Counted from the stretch's first letter, positions 43,825 through 54,083 are shown. The stretch is DNA of 64,000 bases from Thermoanaerobaculia bacterium (GCA_963664405.1 OY761158.1:6432001-6496000); one strand, 5' to 3'. Program-made: numbers and translations. Notes: generated by a model not told the origin, from the sequence alone.

Positions 43825-44531
43825 TGGTGCTTCCTCGAGTAGTGAAGGATGGTGCTGATGATCTTGATCCCAGCGAGAACGGTACCCCGAATGGTACCTG
43901 TGATCTTCGACACTCCGACCCGCCGACGATAGCTCACCGGAACCTCGAGGACTCGTAGGCCTCCCCGCAGGGCCTTGACCTGCATCTCCGCAGTCCAGCC
44001 GAAGTCAGGATCAGCCATGTGTAAAGCCTGCAGGCTGTCCCAGCGGATGGCTCGAAAGGGTCCCAGGTCGGTGAACTTGTGTCCGTAGAGCGCGCGGATG
44101 AGCAGCGTGGCCAGGATGTTCCCGATCCGCGCTTGAGGAAGGAGGGCTCCCGGCTCTCTTTCGCCGAGGATGCGCGAGCCGATCACAAGGTCGCACAGGC
44201 CCCTTTCGATGGGCTCGACGAGGGTCGGTAGCTCCTCGGGGTGGTCTGAGTAGTCTGCGTCAACGAACACCACGATCTCGGGCGGATCCTTTCGAGCGAG
44301 CTCGGCGATACCGACAAGGCAGGCGCTGCCATAGCCCTGCCTGGCGGCGTTGACGACATCGGCTCCGCTATCTCGAGCGACCTCTGCTGTGCGGTCGGTC
44401 GAGTTGTTGTCGGCTACCACGACGCGACGGGCTCGAGTTGCAGCGAGTGCCTTCAGCACCAGTGGCAGGGAAGCCTCCTCGTTGAAGGCCGGTATGACGA
44501 CATCGATGATGGCGGTCTCGGGAGACGACAC
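43821..44531 (-). CDS. Glycosyltransferase family 2
   Basis: VVIPAFNEE, DNNSTD, DAD, TDLGPFRAI, GWTAEMQ. Confidence 0.92.
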   Translation of the reverse strand: MSSPETAIIDVVIPAFNEEASLPLVLKALAATRARRVVVADNNSTDRTAEVARDSGADVVNAARQGYGSACLVGIAELARKDPPEIVVFVDADYSDHPEELPTLVEPIERGLCDLVIGSRILGEREPGALLPQARIGNILATLLIRALYGHKFTDLGPFRAIRWDSLQALHMADPDFGWTAEMQVKALRGGLRVLEVPVSYRRRVGVSKITGTIRGTVLAGIKIISTILHYSRKHH

Positions 44532-44657
44532 GTCTCTAATTGTATCGGCGCCCTAGATGAAGATCGGAGCCCTGTCGCGGAGCGTGGTAAACTGCGGCCC
44601 CTTCCGCGCCCACCTCCGCGGCAACATCTCCACTTCTCAGACCAAAGGACTCATCCC

Positions 44658-45941
44658 GTGCCTTCCGCCGCGAGCTACCGTGCACGCTCTATAAAGGGCA
44701 TGAGGGACCTGCTGCCGCCAGATACAGCGGTGTGGGCCCAAGTCGAGGCAACCGCGAGGCGGGTCTTCGGCCGCTATGGCTTCGACGAGATCCGCACCCC
44801 GATCGTCGAGGAGACGGATCTCTTCGTTCGAGGCGTAGGAGAGGCGACCGACATCGTCGGCAAGGAGATGTATTCCTTCGTCGACAAGAGAGGAAGGAAC
44901 CTCAGCCTCCGCCCGGAGAGTACGGCGCCGGTGGCGAGGGCCTTCGCCCAGCACGGGCTGCGCGAGCGACCACAGCCTGTTCGACTTTTCTATATCGGCC
45001 CTCAGTTCCGCTACGAGCGCCCCCAGAAAGGTCGCTACCGCCAGTTCCACCAGATCGGTGCCGAGGTCCTCGGGGATCCCGGCCCCTGGAGTGATGCGGA
45101 AGTCGTTGTGATGCTGATGACATTCCTGCACGAGCTTGGCTTTAGAGATGCGCGCGCCCTCGTTAACACTGTGGGTGATGGCGAGAGTCGGGCCCGCTAT
45201 CGTGAGCAGCTGTTGGAGTACCTAGAGCCGAAAGCGGAGCAGCTAGGGGAGGACAGCCGCAGGCGCCTCCGCAGCAACCCATTGCGAATTCTCGACACCA
45301 AGGTCGCCAGCGAGCGCGAGCTCCTTCAAGGAGCACCTCGCCTGAAGGACTGCCTGAGCGAGGAAAGCCAGGCGCACTTCAGCGAGTTTCTACGCGGCCT
45401 CGACGCCTGCGAGGTCAGTTACGAGGTTGCAGATCATTTGGTTCGCGGCCTCGACTACTACACTCGCACGGTCTTCGAGATCGTTTCTCCGGCCCTCGGA
45501 GCTCAGGACGCTCTGGTCGGAGGCGGCCGCTACGACGGCTTGGTGGAAGAGGTCGGTGGGCCGCCGACGCCCGGGATCGGCTTTGCGATAGGTCTCGACC
45601 GCTTGATTGAGATCCTTCCCGGTGGTGAGCTCTCTGCGGACCAGGAGCCCAGCTTCTTGGTTGTGCCGATGGGAGACGTTGCCAGTGTCGAGGCCCTTCG
45701 TCTCTGCGAGGAGCTTCGTTCCCTGGGCCTGCGCGTGACCGCTGAGCTCGCTGCGCGATCGGCGCGCACAGCGCTGCGCCGTGCCGACCGGATGGGCGTT
45801 CACTATGTCGTTTTTCTAGGTGAGGATGAGCTCGCGAGCTCCGAGGTCTCGATCAAGAACTTTCGTTCGGGAAAGCAGTTGCGGCTGAGTCGGCAGGCTC
45901 TGGAAGAAGGGCTGAAGGAATTGCTCGAAGGCGGAGAATAA
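44658..45941 (+). CDS. hisS: Histidyl-tRNA synthetase
   Basis: LRPESTA, FRYERPQKGRYRQF, LVRGLDYY, GGGRYD. Confidence 0.97.
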   Translation: MPSAASYRARSIKGMRDLLPPDTAVWAQVEATARRVFGRYGFDEIRTPIVEETDLFVRGVGEATDIVGKEMYSFVDKRGRNLSLRPESTAPVARAFAQHGLRERPQPVRLFYIGPQFRYERPQKGRYRQFHQIGAEVLGDPGPWSDAEVVVMLMTFLHELGFRDARALVNTVGDGESRARYREQLLEYLEPKAEQLGEDSRRRLRSNPLRILDTKVASERELLQGAPRLKDCLSEESQAHFSEFLRGLDACEVSYEVADHLVRGLDYYTRTVFEIVSPALGAQDALVGGGRYDGLVEEVGGPPTPGIGFAIGLDRLIEILPGGELSADQEPSFLVVPMGDVASVEALRLCEELRSLGLRVTAELAARSARTALRRADRMGVHYVVFLGEDELASSEVSIKNFRSGKQLRLSRQALEEGLKELLEGGE

Positions 45942-45944
45942 GTG

Positions 45945-47708
45945 ATGAAACGACGTGGAGCAGGAACCATTAGCGTAGACGACGTGGGCTCCCGCGTGCG
46001 CCTCCAAGCGTGGGTTCGTCGCCGCCGCGACCACGGCGGGGTCCTCTTTCTGGATCTCCGAGATCGTAGTGGTGTTGCCCAGGTCGTGGTTCGTCCCGAG
46101 GAGCAGCCGGAGGTGGCGGCCGCCCTGCAGCCGGTACGCAACGAGTGGGTTGTTGAAATCGAGGGAGAGGTGAAGCGGCGCTCTCCCGAGGCGGTGAATA
46201 CGAAGATCCCGACCGGCGAGCTGGAGGTGATCGCGGACCGCGGCGTCGTCCTTGCTCGCTGCGCAGCGATGCCCTTTGCCCTCGAGGGGCCGGTCGAAGC
46301 GAGTGAGGAGACCCGCCTGCGTTTTCGCTTCCTGGACCTGCGTCGGGAGGAGCTCGCTCGTAATCTTCGGCTTCGTCACCAAGTGGTGATGGAGTCCCTC
46401 AAGTTCTTCGATGAGAATGACTTTCTCCACGTCGAGACGCCGATTCTCACCCGCTCGACTCCGGAAGGGGCAAGAGACTACCTGGTTCCGAGTCGCGTGC
46501 ATCGGGGCAGCTTCTTCGCTCTGCCTCAGTCGCCGCAGCTTTTCAAGCAGATCCTCATGGTTGCCGGCGTCGAACGCTACGTCCAGCTCTGTCGCTGTTT
46601 TCGCGACGAGGATCTGAGGGCCGATCGCCAGCCCGAGTTCTCCCAGCTCGATGTCGAGATGTCGTTTGTCGATCGAGAAGAGGTAATGGGCCTGATCGAG
46701 GACCTCACTCGTCGCATCTTTCCGCTGGTCGACATCGCGCCCTCGACTCCCTACCCGCGCATGACCTACGAAGAAGTGATGCGCAAGTACGGCATCGATC
46801 GACCTGATCTGCGCAGCCCGTTGGAGATCGTCGACCTTTCAGAGGTGCTGGGCGAGTGCGTCTTTCGCGTCTTTCGCGAGCAGGTCTCCGAGGGTGGAAG
46901 GGTTCGCGGCATAAGAGTGCCTGGAGCGGCCTCGGCGAGTCGTCGCGAGGTCGAGGATTGGGCTGAGCTGGCGCGGAGCGAAGGAGTGGCGGGAGTGTTG
47001 ACTCTTCGTCGTCGCGACGGTGAGCTGAGCTTCCAGGTCAAAGATAGTCTGACCCGAGGAGAGCTCGATGCCGCGGCTGAGCAGCTCGCTCTCGAGGAGG
47101 GCGACCTGGCGCTGCTGGTTGCTGCGCCGGCGGAACGCGCAAGTGCCGCCCTCGGTGCTCTGCGGGTACCGCTGGCTCGCCACGCCGGGGTGTTTGAAGA
47201 GGGAGAGTCTCGGCTTCTCTGGGTGACGGATTTTCCTGTCGTCGACTGGAACGCCGATGAAGGTCGATGGAACGCGGTTCATCACCCCTTCACCCATCCC
47301 CATCCTGAGGATATGGAGCTATTGGACAGCGATCCGGGTGCGGTTCGGTCGCTCGCCTACGACCTGGTTCTAAACGGGACCGAAGTCGCGGGTGGGTCGA
47401 TCCGTATTCATGATCCGGAGCTGCAGAGGAAGATGTTCGGACTGCTGGGGATTTCCGCGACAGAGGCAGAGGAGCGTTTCGGTTTCCTCCTCGAAGCTCT
47501 ACGCTACGGGGCGCCTCCCCACGGCGGCATCGCGGTAGGGCTCGATCGACTGCTAATGCTGATGGCTGGCGCCTCTAGTATCCGTGAAGTCATCGCCTTT
47601 CCGAAGACCGCCTCGGCGGTCTGCTTGATGACCGATGCGCCTTCGGGTGTGGACTCGGAGAAGCTCAGCGAGCTCGGGATCCGAGTGCCGCCACGGCAGA
47701 CGAGTTGA
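45945..47708 (+). CDS. aspS: Aspartyl-tRNA synthetase (RRDHGG suggests non-discriminating type)
   Basis: DLRDRSG, ALPQSPQ, FRDEDLRADRQPEF, GAPPHGG. Confidence 0.97.
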   Translation: MKRRGAGTISVDDVGSRVRLQAWVRRRRDHGGVLFLDLRDRSGVAQVVVRPEEQPEVAAALQPVRNEWVVEIEGEVKRRSPEAVNTKIPTGELEVIADRGVVLARCAAMPFALEGPVEASEETRLRFRFLDLRREELARNLRLRHQVVMESLKFFDENDFLHVETPILTRSTPEGARDYLVPSRVHRGSFFALPQSPQLFKQILMVAGVERYVQLCRCFRDEDLRADRQPEFSQLDVEMSFVDREEVMGLIEDLTRRIFPLVDIAPSTPYPRMTYEEVMRKYGIDRPDLRSPLEIVDLSEVLGECVFRVFREQVSEGGRVRGIRVPGAASASRREVEDWAELARSEGVAGVLTLRRRDGELSFQVKDSLTRGELDAAAEQLALEEGDLALLVAAPAERASAALGALRVPLARHAGVFEEGESRLLWVTDFPVVDWNADEGRWNAVHHPFTHPHPEDMELLDSDPGAVRSLAYDLVLNGTEVAGGSIRIHDPELQRKMFGLLGISATEAEERFGFLLEALRYGAPPHGGIAVGLDRLLMLMAGASSIREVIAFPKTASAVCLMTDAPSGVDSEKLSELGIRVPPRQTS

Positions 47709-48829
47709 CGGTAGCTGGATCCCCCGCCGTGTCTGATCTCCGCCGCTTGGTCCTCCACACTGGCAGCCACGAATGCCCCGTCGTCGTCGGAGCTGGGGCT
47801 CTTCGAGAGGTCGCCGAGGAGTTGGTGGAGTGGTCAAGGGGGCGAACTGTTTTCGTGCTCTCCTCTCCTCCCCTGCGGGAGCTTCAGGCACACCTGATCG
47901 AGAGTCTGGCGATCGAGGCCGCCGCCGTCAGATCGATCTGGGTTCCGGATGGGGAGTCAGCGAAGACCCTTCAGGTGGCGGGGGAGGTGTGGAGCGAGAT
48001 GCTGCGCCAGGGCGGCAAGCGGGACAGCCGTTTGATCGCCATCGGAGGCGGCACGGTCGGTGATCTGGGCGGGTTCGTGGCCGCCTGCTTCCTTCGCGGT
48101 ATCGAGGTGGTACAGGTGCCCACTACGCTGCTTGCACAAGTCGACGCGTCGGTCGGTGGCAAGACGGCGGTCGACCTTCCGGAGGGAAAGAACACGGTTG
48201 GCGCCTTTCACGATCCGACTTTGGTGGTCTCCGACACCGAGGTGCTTCGCACTCTCGATCGTGGCGAAATTCGTTCAGGGCTGGTCGAGGTGATCAAGAT
48301 GGCGGCCCTGCTCGATCCCGAGCAGCTCGATAGGGTCGAGGATAAGCTCGATCTACTGCTCGCAGGTGATGCGAAAGCCTTGGCGCCCGTAGTTGCCGAT
48401 GCGGTTGCTACCAAGATTAGGGTCGTCGAAGAGGACCCCTTCGAACGGGACCAGCGGCGTCTGCTCAACTTCGGTCATACACTGGGGCACGCGCTGGAGG
48501 CGGCCCTGGGCTATGAGGGCCTCCGCCACGGAGAAGCGGTGGCTTACGGCATCCTCTTCGCCATGCGCCTTGCCAGGAGGCGGAGTCTTCCGGAGGCGGA
48601 CGAAGCTCGTATTCGATCTTTGCTTGCCAGACTGGAAGTGCCTCCCCTGCCCGAGGTGGACCCCAGCGCCGTGCTCTTGGCCATGCAGCGCGACAAGAAG
48701 GCGCGTGAGGGTAGGCTTGCCTGGGTCCTTCCGACCCGAATAGGCGGTGCCGAGATCGTCGAGGACTTGTCGCCGTCGGAGGTAGAGACCGAGCTGCGAG
48801 TCTTCCTCGACACCCCCCAGCCGGTCTGA
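47705..48829 (+). CDS. aroB: 3-dehydroquinate synthase
   Basis: DGESAK, GGGTVGDLGGF, VPTTLLAQVDASVGGK, LNFGHTLGHA, HGEAV. Confidence 0.95.
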   Translation: MTVAGSPAVSDLRRLVLHTGSHECPVVVGAGALREVAEELVEWSRGRTVFVLSSPPLRELQAHLIESLAIEAAAVRSIWVPDGESAKTLQVAGEVWSEMLRQGGKRDSRLIAIGGGTVGDLGGFVAACFLRGIEVVQVPTTLLAQVDASVGGKTAVDLPEGKNTVGAFHDPTLVVSDTEVLRTLDRGEIRSGLVEVIKMAALLDPEQLDRVEDKLDLLLAGDAKALAPVVADAVATKIRVVEEDPFERDQRRLLNFGHTLGHALEAALGYEGLRHGEAVAYGILFAMRLARRRSLPEADEARIRSLLARLEVPPLPEVDPSAVLLAMQRDKKAREGRLAWVLPTRIGGAEIVEDLSPSEVETELRVFLDTPQPV

Positions 48830-48918
48830 GCCCAGGCGCTCGGCTTTCCAGGATATAGAATCCTGTCTATAATAGAGGCCTCACTGCTCCGGCCGCTCGC
48901 CTGGAAGGCACCCCGGCA

Positions 48919-50676
48919 ATGCTCAATTTTCTGCGCCGAATCCGCCAACTCCGGCTGAGGAATCTCCTCCTCGTCTTCCTTATGACTTATGGATGCCTGT
49001 CACTGGTGATCTCGGCTCTGACGAACGTTCGCCAGAACGGGCAGTTGGTCGAGACGCTGGAGCAGATCAGCCTGACTCATCGGGTCGAGGCGCTGTCGCG
49101 TCAGCTGGGTGGCGAGGTGAGCTCCGGCCAGCAGCTCCTTCAGCAGCTGGCGGATACTCTGCTGTCCATACCGTCCAGCGGAGTTTCCTCCGGCGTGCGG
49201 GATCGGTGGGTTGACGAGTATCTGCGGACCTTCGCTGAAAAGAACCAGCTCCTCCGCTACGTTCGAGTAGCCCTGGTGGAGCAGGGGCGAGAGTTTGGTC
49301 CAAGCGCCCTGCCGGCCGAAGTCGAAGAGGTCATGTCAGAGGCTATCTCCGACGCCGTTTTGCAAGGGAGTGGAGGAACGCGCTTTGTTCTCCTCGCCGA
49401 GACCAAACAGCCGGCGGTTGTCATTACCGAGGTAGGAAGTCTTCGTGGCGCTCAACAGGCGGGGGTGGTCCTCACCGCTCTGGTGCCGCTCGATTTCCCG
49501 CCCGAAGGCCAGACGATGACCTTCTTGGTCGATTCCGAAGGCGCCGTACTCTGGGCGGAGGACCCCGACCCGGCTTACCTCGAGGCGCTCGGTGAGTCGA
49601 CTCTGATCGCGGACTTTGTCAATCACCCCTCAGTTTTCGTTTCTGAGTACTGGCAGGAGATCGGGGACTTGCGCCAGCGAGTGATCGCCCAGGTCAGCCC
49701 GATTGCGCGACTGGGTTGGGGCGTTGTCGTGCAGCAGCCCAAGTCGACTGCGTTCGGTGTCGCCAGGCAGGTGGTCAATTCGACCCTGGTCTCGGCGCTG
49801 TTGATGCTGGTGCTCGCTTTAGTGTTCGCGGTCGGAGCAAGTCAGGTCGTGAGTAGCCCGATTCAACGCCTAGCCGAGAGAAGCTCCGAGATCGCCGCCG
49901 GCAACTTCGGGGGGCGCGTACCCCCGGGGGGGCTCAGTCGCGAGCTGGTCAATCTTGCCGATAGTTTCAACGTCATGAGTGGTCATGTCGAGAAGTCGGT
50001 TGAACGCCTCCGCCGGGCAGCCGAGGAGAATCACGAGCTCTTTCTGGGCTCGATTCGAGCCATTCTGGCAGCCGTAGAAGCGAAGGAGCCCTACACGCGA
50101 GGTCACTCTGAGCGAGTTGCTGCATTCAGTCAGGCGATCGCCCGCCATCTTGAAAGTGATGCCGAGTTTCAGGAGCAGGTCTGGGTGGCCGGGCTGCTCC
50201 ACGATGTCGGCAAGATCGGTATCGACGACCGGATCCTCAAGAAGGGTAACGCCCTCACCGAGGAAGAGTTCGAGGAGATCAAGCGCCACCCGATTATCGG
50301 TGAAGAGATCATGGCGTCGATCGACCGTCTCAGCTATAGCCTGCCGGCCATTCGCTGGCACCACGAGAAGTGGAACGGTCGTGGCTATCCGGATGGTCTG
50401 CGCCGTGAAGCCATTCCCTTGATGGCTCGTATTGTCAGCGTTGCCGACTCGTTCGACGCAATGACCACGCAGCGGGTCTACCAAGAGGCGATGTCGCCTC
50501 AGGAGGCCGTGAGCTGGATCCGAAAGCAGAACGGGATCGCATTCGACGCCAGGGTCGTCGAAGCATTCCTCAAGGCCTACCTCAAGGAGGAGGTCAAGGC
50601 GGTCGACTCGAGCCCGATCGTGGCGGCACCCGAGGAGCCGATCGCGCTTGCGGTCGGGGACAGCGTCTACACCTAG
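48919..50676 (+). CDS. Membrane sensor (Cache-like + HAMP) HD-GYP phosphodiesterase
   Basis: Two TM segments, HAMP, YTRGHSERV, LHDVGK, HHEKWNGRGYP. Confidence 0.92.
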   Translation: MLNFLRRIRQLRLRNLLLVFLMTYGCLSLVISALTNVRQNGQLVETLEQISLTHRVEALSRQLGGEVSSGQQLLQQLADTLLSIPSSGVSSGVRDRWVDEYLRTFAEKNQLLRYVRVALVEQGREFGPSALPAEVEEVMSEAISDAVLQGSGGTRFVLLAETKQPAVVITEVGSLRGAQQAGVVLTALVPLDFPPEGQTMTFLVDSEGAVLWAEDPDPAYLEALGESTLIADFVNHPSVFVSEYWQEIGDLRQRVIAQVSPIARLGWGVVVQQPKSTAFGVARQVVNSTLVSALLMLVLALVFAVGASQVVSSPIQRLAERSSEIAAGNFGGRVPPGGLSRELVNLADSFNVMSGHVEKSVERLRRAAEENHELFLGSIRAILAAVEAKEPYTRGHSERVAAFSQAIARHLESDAEFQEQVWVAGLLHDVGKIGIDDRILKKGNALTEEEFEEIKRHPIIGEEIMASIDRLSYSLPAIRWHHEKWNGRGYPDGLRREAIPLMARIVSVADSFDAMTTQRVYQEAMSPQEAVSWIRKQNGIAFDARVVEAFLKAYLKEEVKAVDSSPIVAAPEEPIALAVGDSVYT

Positions 50677-50684
50677 CGCCGGTA

Positions 50685-51638
50685 GTGACCGAATCGAGCG
50701 CAGATAGCGATCCCGAGAGCAGCGCCAAGGCGGGGCTCTGGGCCAAGCTCAGGCTCGGCTTGAGCAGGACCCGCGGCCAGCTGGTCGATCGGATCGGTGC
50801 GGCGGTCGAGGGAAGGGGAGTTAGTGATGAGGAGGCTCTCGAGGCTCTCGAGGAAGCCCTCATTGCCGCCGACCTTGGTGTCGATACCTCTCTCGAGCTC
50901 ATCGAGCGGGTGCGAGGCGGGCTGCGGCCCGGGGAGATCGGAGACAGCTTCCGCCTCAGAGAGATGCTTCTGGACGAGATCTCTGTGCTTCTCCTAGATG
51001 CTCCACCGCTCCAGCAGGTGACGAACAGCCCGGTGGTGAGCCTCTTGGTGGGCGTGAACGGCGTGGGAAAGACCACCACCATCGCCAAGCTGGCCAAGCT
51101 CTCGGTCGACCGAGGGGAGAGAGTGCTGATCGCCGCAGCGGACACTTTTCGAGCGGCTGCGATCGAGCAGCTGATGGTATGGGGAGAGCGTCTAGGGGTG
51201 GCGGTCGTCAGACAACAGCAGGGCGGCGACCCGGCGGCAGTGGTCTTCGATGCCCTTCAGGCCGCGCGCGCGCGTGGTATCGACCACCTGATTGTCGACA
51301 CCGCGGGGCGGCTTCATACCAAGAAGAATCTGATGGAAGAGTTGGCGAAAATCGGCCGTATCGTTTCTCGGGAAGGGGATGGTTTCGTTCGCCGCACTCT
51401 CCTGGTACTCGACGCAACGGGCGGTCACAATGCTCTCCAGCAGGCCAAAGACTTCAATGCGACTGTCGCCATCGACGGAGTGGTCCTGACCAAGCTGGAT
51501 GGGACCGCCAAAGGCGGCATTGTCGTAGCTCTCGCGCGCGAGCTGCGCCTGCCGGTGGCGTTTCTCGGAGTGGGTGAGGGCGCCGACGATCTGGTCCCCT
51601 TTCTACCCCGGGATTACGCAAGGGCTTTGTTGGGGTAA
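50685..51638 (+). CDS. ftsY: SRP receptor FtsY
   Basis: GVNGVGKTTT, DTFRAAA, DTAGR, TKLDGTAKGG. Confidence 0.97.
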   Translation: MTESSADSDPESSAKAGLWAKLRLGLSRTRGQLVDRIGAAVEGRGVSDEEALEALEEALIAADLGVDTSLELIERVRGGLRPGEIGDSFRLREMLLDEISVLLLDAPPLQQVTNSPVVSLLVGVNGVGKTTTIAKLAKLSVDRGERVLIAAADTFRAAAIEQLMVWGERLGVAVVRQQQGGDPAAVVFDALQAARARGIDHLIVDTAGRLHTKKNLMEELAKIGRIVSREGDGFVRRTLLVLDATGGHNALQQAKDFNATVAIDGVVLTKLDGTAKGGIVVALARELRLPVAFLGVGEGADDLVPFLPRDYARALLG

Positions 51639-51660
51639 GGACCCACTCTGATGTTTTCCA

Positions 51661-51789
51661 GCTGGTTCCTTCTCATTCGGCTCAGTCGCTAAAGTCCTGC
51701 TAGTTCAAGGACTTGCTTTCCTTCTGGTTCCTGCTGGTTCGTGGAGCGGGGTCTCATTCTTCTCAGTCTGTTAGATGGCTGTTAGATGG
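51661..51789. repeat. att-like arm region
   Basis: Tandem 11-bp repeat CTGTTAGATGG (51768-51778, 51779-51789), inverted repeat AAGTCCT-N9-AGGACTT (51692-51714), TCTCATTCnnCTCAGTC twice, CTGGTTC three times. Confidence 0.6.
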
Positions 51790-52756
51790 AATCGCCCACG
51801 ACACGCAGGCCACGGCTCGCAACCTTGGCCTCACGATGGAGACGGCCGATCGTTTGGTCGAGATTGCTCATCGCCGTCTCCGAAGTTTTCTGGAAGAGGT
51901 GTCCGTAGCGATCCATGGTGATCGAGATGGAGGCGTGTCCGAGCTGTGCACTGACGTACTTCGGGGACTCCCCCTGGTCGATCAACAGCGATGCATAGGT
52001 GTGGCGCAATGCGTGGAGGCCAATGGAGGATCGGAGCCCGGCGCGCTCCCGGATCGCGCTGAACTTCCGTCTGTACCATTTGTCGGGATAAGTAGGAGTG
52101 CCTGTACGGGTGTGAAAGACGAAGTCGCTAGAGAGCCCCGGCGATGCCTCACGGTGGCGCTCTAGGGCGCCTAGGACGTTCTGAGGAAGGTCTACGACCC
52201 GGGCTGATTTGTCGGTCTTCGGCGTCGTTACTACGCCCTGATACACGGATCGGCGAATGGTGAGACGGGCACCAGCGAAGTCTTGCCATTGGAGGCCAAA
52301 GATTTCGCCGCGCCGCAGGCCGGCGAAGAGGCCTAGGTGGATGACAGCGCTCTCCTCGGCCGAGTCAGTCACAGCCTCAAGAATGTCTACTATGTCGGAG
52401 TGCTCGAGGAAGTCGGCCTCGCTGCGCTCAATGCGGATTCGCTTCTCGCCGGCAAGCGGATCGCTCGTCATGTAGTGCTGCTTGCGGGCCCAGGCGAAGA
52501 TCGAATTCAGGAGCGTGAAAATATTATTGTGCGTCTTCTTCGAGAGCTCGCCGGCGGCTATCCTGTTAGCCATTGTCTTTCGCCAACTCTGAACGGCTCC
52601 ATCTAGGCTGTCGGAGCGGTACTCCCCGAAGGCCGGGATCAGCTGCCTCATCACTATCGACCGGTAAGACTTCGCCGTGGATAGCTTCATCTCAGCGCCC
52701 ATCTTCAGACGAACTTCGAGCTCGTCCGTGAGCCACTTGTCCAGGAGGTCTGACAT
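51782..52756 (-). CDS. Tyrosine recombinase/integrase, probably lacking its N-terminal arm-binding domain
   Basis: GLRRGE (R), PKT (K), HALRH, LGH and RY catalytic residues. Confidence 0.92.
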   Translation of the reverse strand: MSDLLDKWLTDELEVRLKMGAEMKLSTAKSYRSIVMRQLIPAFGEYRSDSLDGAVQSWRKTMANRIAAGELSKKTHNNIFTLLNSIFAWARKQHYMTSDPLAGEKRIRIERSEADFLEHSDIVDILEAVTDSAEESAVIHLGLFAGLRRGEIFGLQWQDFAGARLTIRRSVYQGVVTTPKTDKSARVVDLPQNVLGALERHREASPGLSSDFVFHTRTGTPTYPDKWYRRKFSAIRERAGLRSSIGLHALRHTYASLLIDQGESPKYVSAQLGHASISITMDRYGHLFQKTSETAMSNLDQTIGRLHREAKVASRGLRVVGDSI

Positions 52757-52875
52757 GAGCAGCGGCTTGACCTTGCGGAAGGTCCTGGTGCGCGTAGCAG
52801 GTAGGATGGATCAACCCATCGCTCGGCACCCAGCTCGACGAGGGTAGAGGTGGGGATTTCAAAGGGGGCTCCGCC

Positions 52876-53289
52876 ATGACCGGTCTCATTCGCGCGTTCA
52901 TCAGATTCAACAAGGGCCTGCTCAAGATGCCCGTTCCCTGGCAGTTGTGGCTCCTGTTGATGGTAGGCATCAACCTGATCGTGCCGCTCTTCTTCCTGGA
53001 CCGTCTAGAGGCGTGGGTGGTCATAGGCGCCGTTCTGCTCAGCATGATGCTGATGACGGCGTTGACAGGACTGGTCGGATTCACACGGCTTCTTGGGCTG
53101 GGACACGTCTTCTGGATTCCGCTCGTTGTCTTTCTGTGGACACGGCTCGAGCAGATTCCAGCCGAGGGCGTCTTCGGCTTGTGGATCCGAGCTCTGATCG
53201 CCATCAATGTCCTCTCGTTGGTCATCGACACGGTCGATGTCATTCGCTACATTGCCGGCGACCGGGAAGAGACGGTCCAGGGGCTCTAG
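52876..53289 (+). CDS. Hypothetical membrane protein (about 4 TM helices)
   Basis: Hydrophobic 137-aa ORF with GC-rich third positions; contains TRLLGLGH. Confidence 0.7.
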   Translation: MTGLIRAFIRFNKGLLKMPVPWQLWLLLMVGINLIVPLFFLDRLEAWVVIGAVLLSMMLMTALTGLVGFTRLLGLGHVFWIPLVVFLWTRLEQIPAEGVFGLWIRALIAINVLSLVIDTVDVIRYIAGDREETVQGL

Positions 53290-53459
53290 TTATCGGAGTA
53301 ATTACGTGTTACCGGCGACGAAGAAGCGCGGGATCTTGGCTTTCTAGCCGCGGTTTTCGGGGCGGCGCCCGACGGCGTGAGCGACGACGGCGACGGTGTC
53401 GGGTCTCTGTAAGTGGGTGTAGATGATGAAAGTCGATGGGGTCAGCGTTGCAGATACAG

Positions 53460-53605
53460 GAGAACCAGGCTCCGGTGCGCTCCCTGTCGGAACATAACGT
53501 TGGCACGGTTGAGGCTGATGGCCTCCACCTTGATGCGAACCTCGCCCTCGCCCGGCTCCGTGAGAGGCAAGTCCTCGATCTTGAGCACGTCGGCGCTTCC
53601 TGTTT
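53460..53605 (-). pseudogene. N-terminal fragment of an MDR-family (quinone oxidoreductase/alcohol dehydrogenase) gene
   Basis: Minus strand reads KTGSADVLKIEDLPLTEPGEGEVRIKVEAISLNRANVMFRQG, cut at its 5' side by the element at 53606; no start codon. Confidence 0.7.
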
Positions 53606-54083
53606 TGAGAGTGAGCACGGTAATCGATGGGAATAAGGGCCATTCTGAGCACGGTGGGTGAGGGAAGGGGTGTTTGGTCCCTCAAGTAGTGTGCTCAAAA
53701 CTAGGTCCGGCGGCATCATCCCCGCCGAAGGCGGGGCGTCCGGGCCTGACGCGCAGTCCATACTTGTTCTTTTCGCTGATCACGCTGAACGAGGGCTGAC
53801 ACGCAGCGATGGCACGAACGGCACGCTATCTGATGGGCGATCGAGGCAGTTCGCCCAGCTTCCATCGCGCCTGGGCCCTGGTTGCGCCCTCAGATACCTT
53901 GAACGGAACCCCCATTCCCACCAGACAAGGTGATCGGGTTTCCTCGAATCGCCATCAAATACCGTGAACAAGGCCGTCTGAGGCAACTGGCAGCGAAACG
54001 CAGCTTCGGCTAAGTCCTTCAAAAGGCTACACGACCATCACTTATCGTGATCGGACCGCCATCGATTACCGTGCTCACTCTCA
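53606..54083. mobile_element. TG...CA non-autonomous element, copy A (478 bp, diverged)
   Basis: 25-bp TIR TGAGAGTGAGCACGGTAATCGATGG...CCATCGATTACCGTGCTCACTCTCA; no flanking duplication. Confidence 0.9.

Noticed and set aside
51639-51781. tRNA or tmRNA at the island junction
   Set aside because: No cloverleaf, T-arm in proper context or CCA end found on either strand; no rRNA or tRNA recognised anywhere in the window
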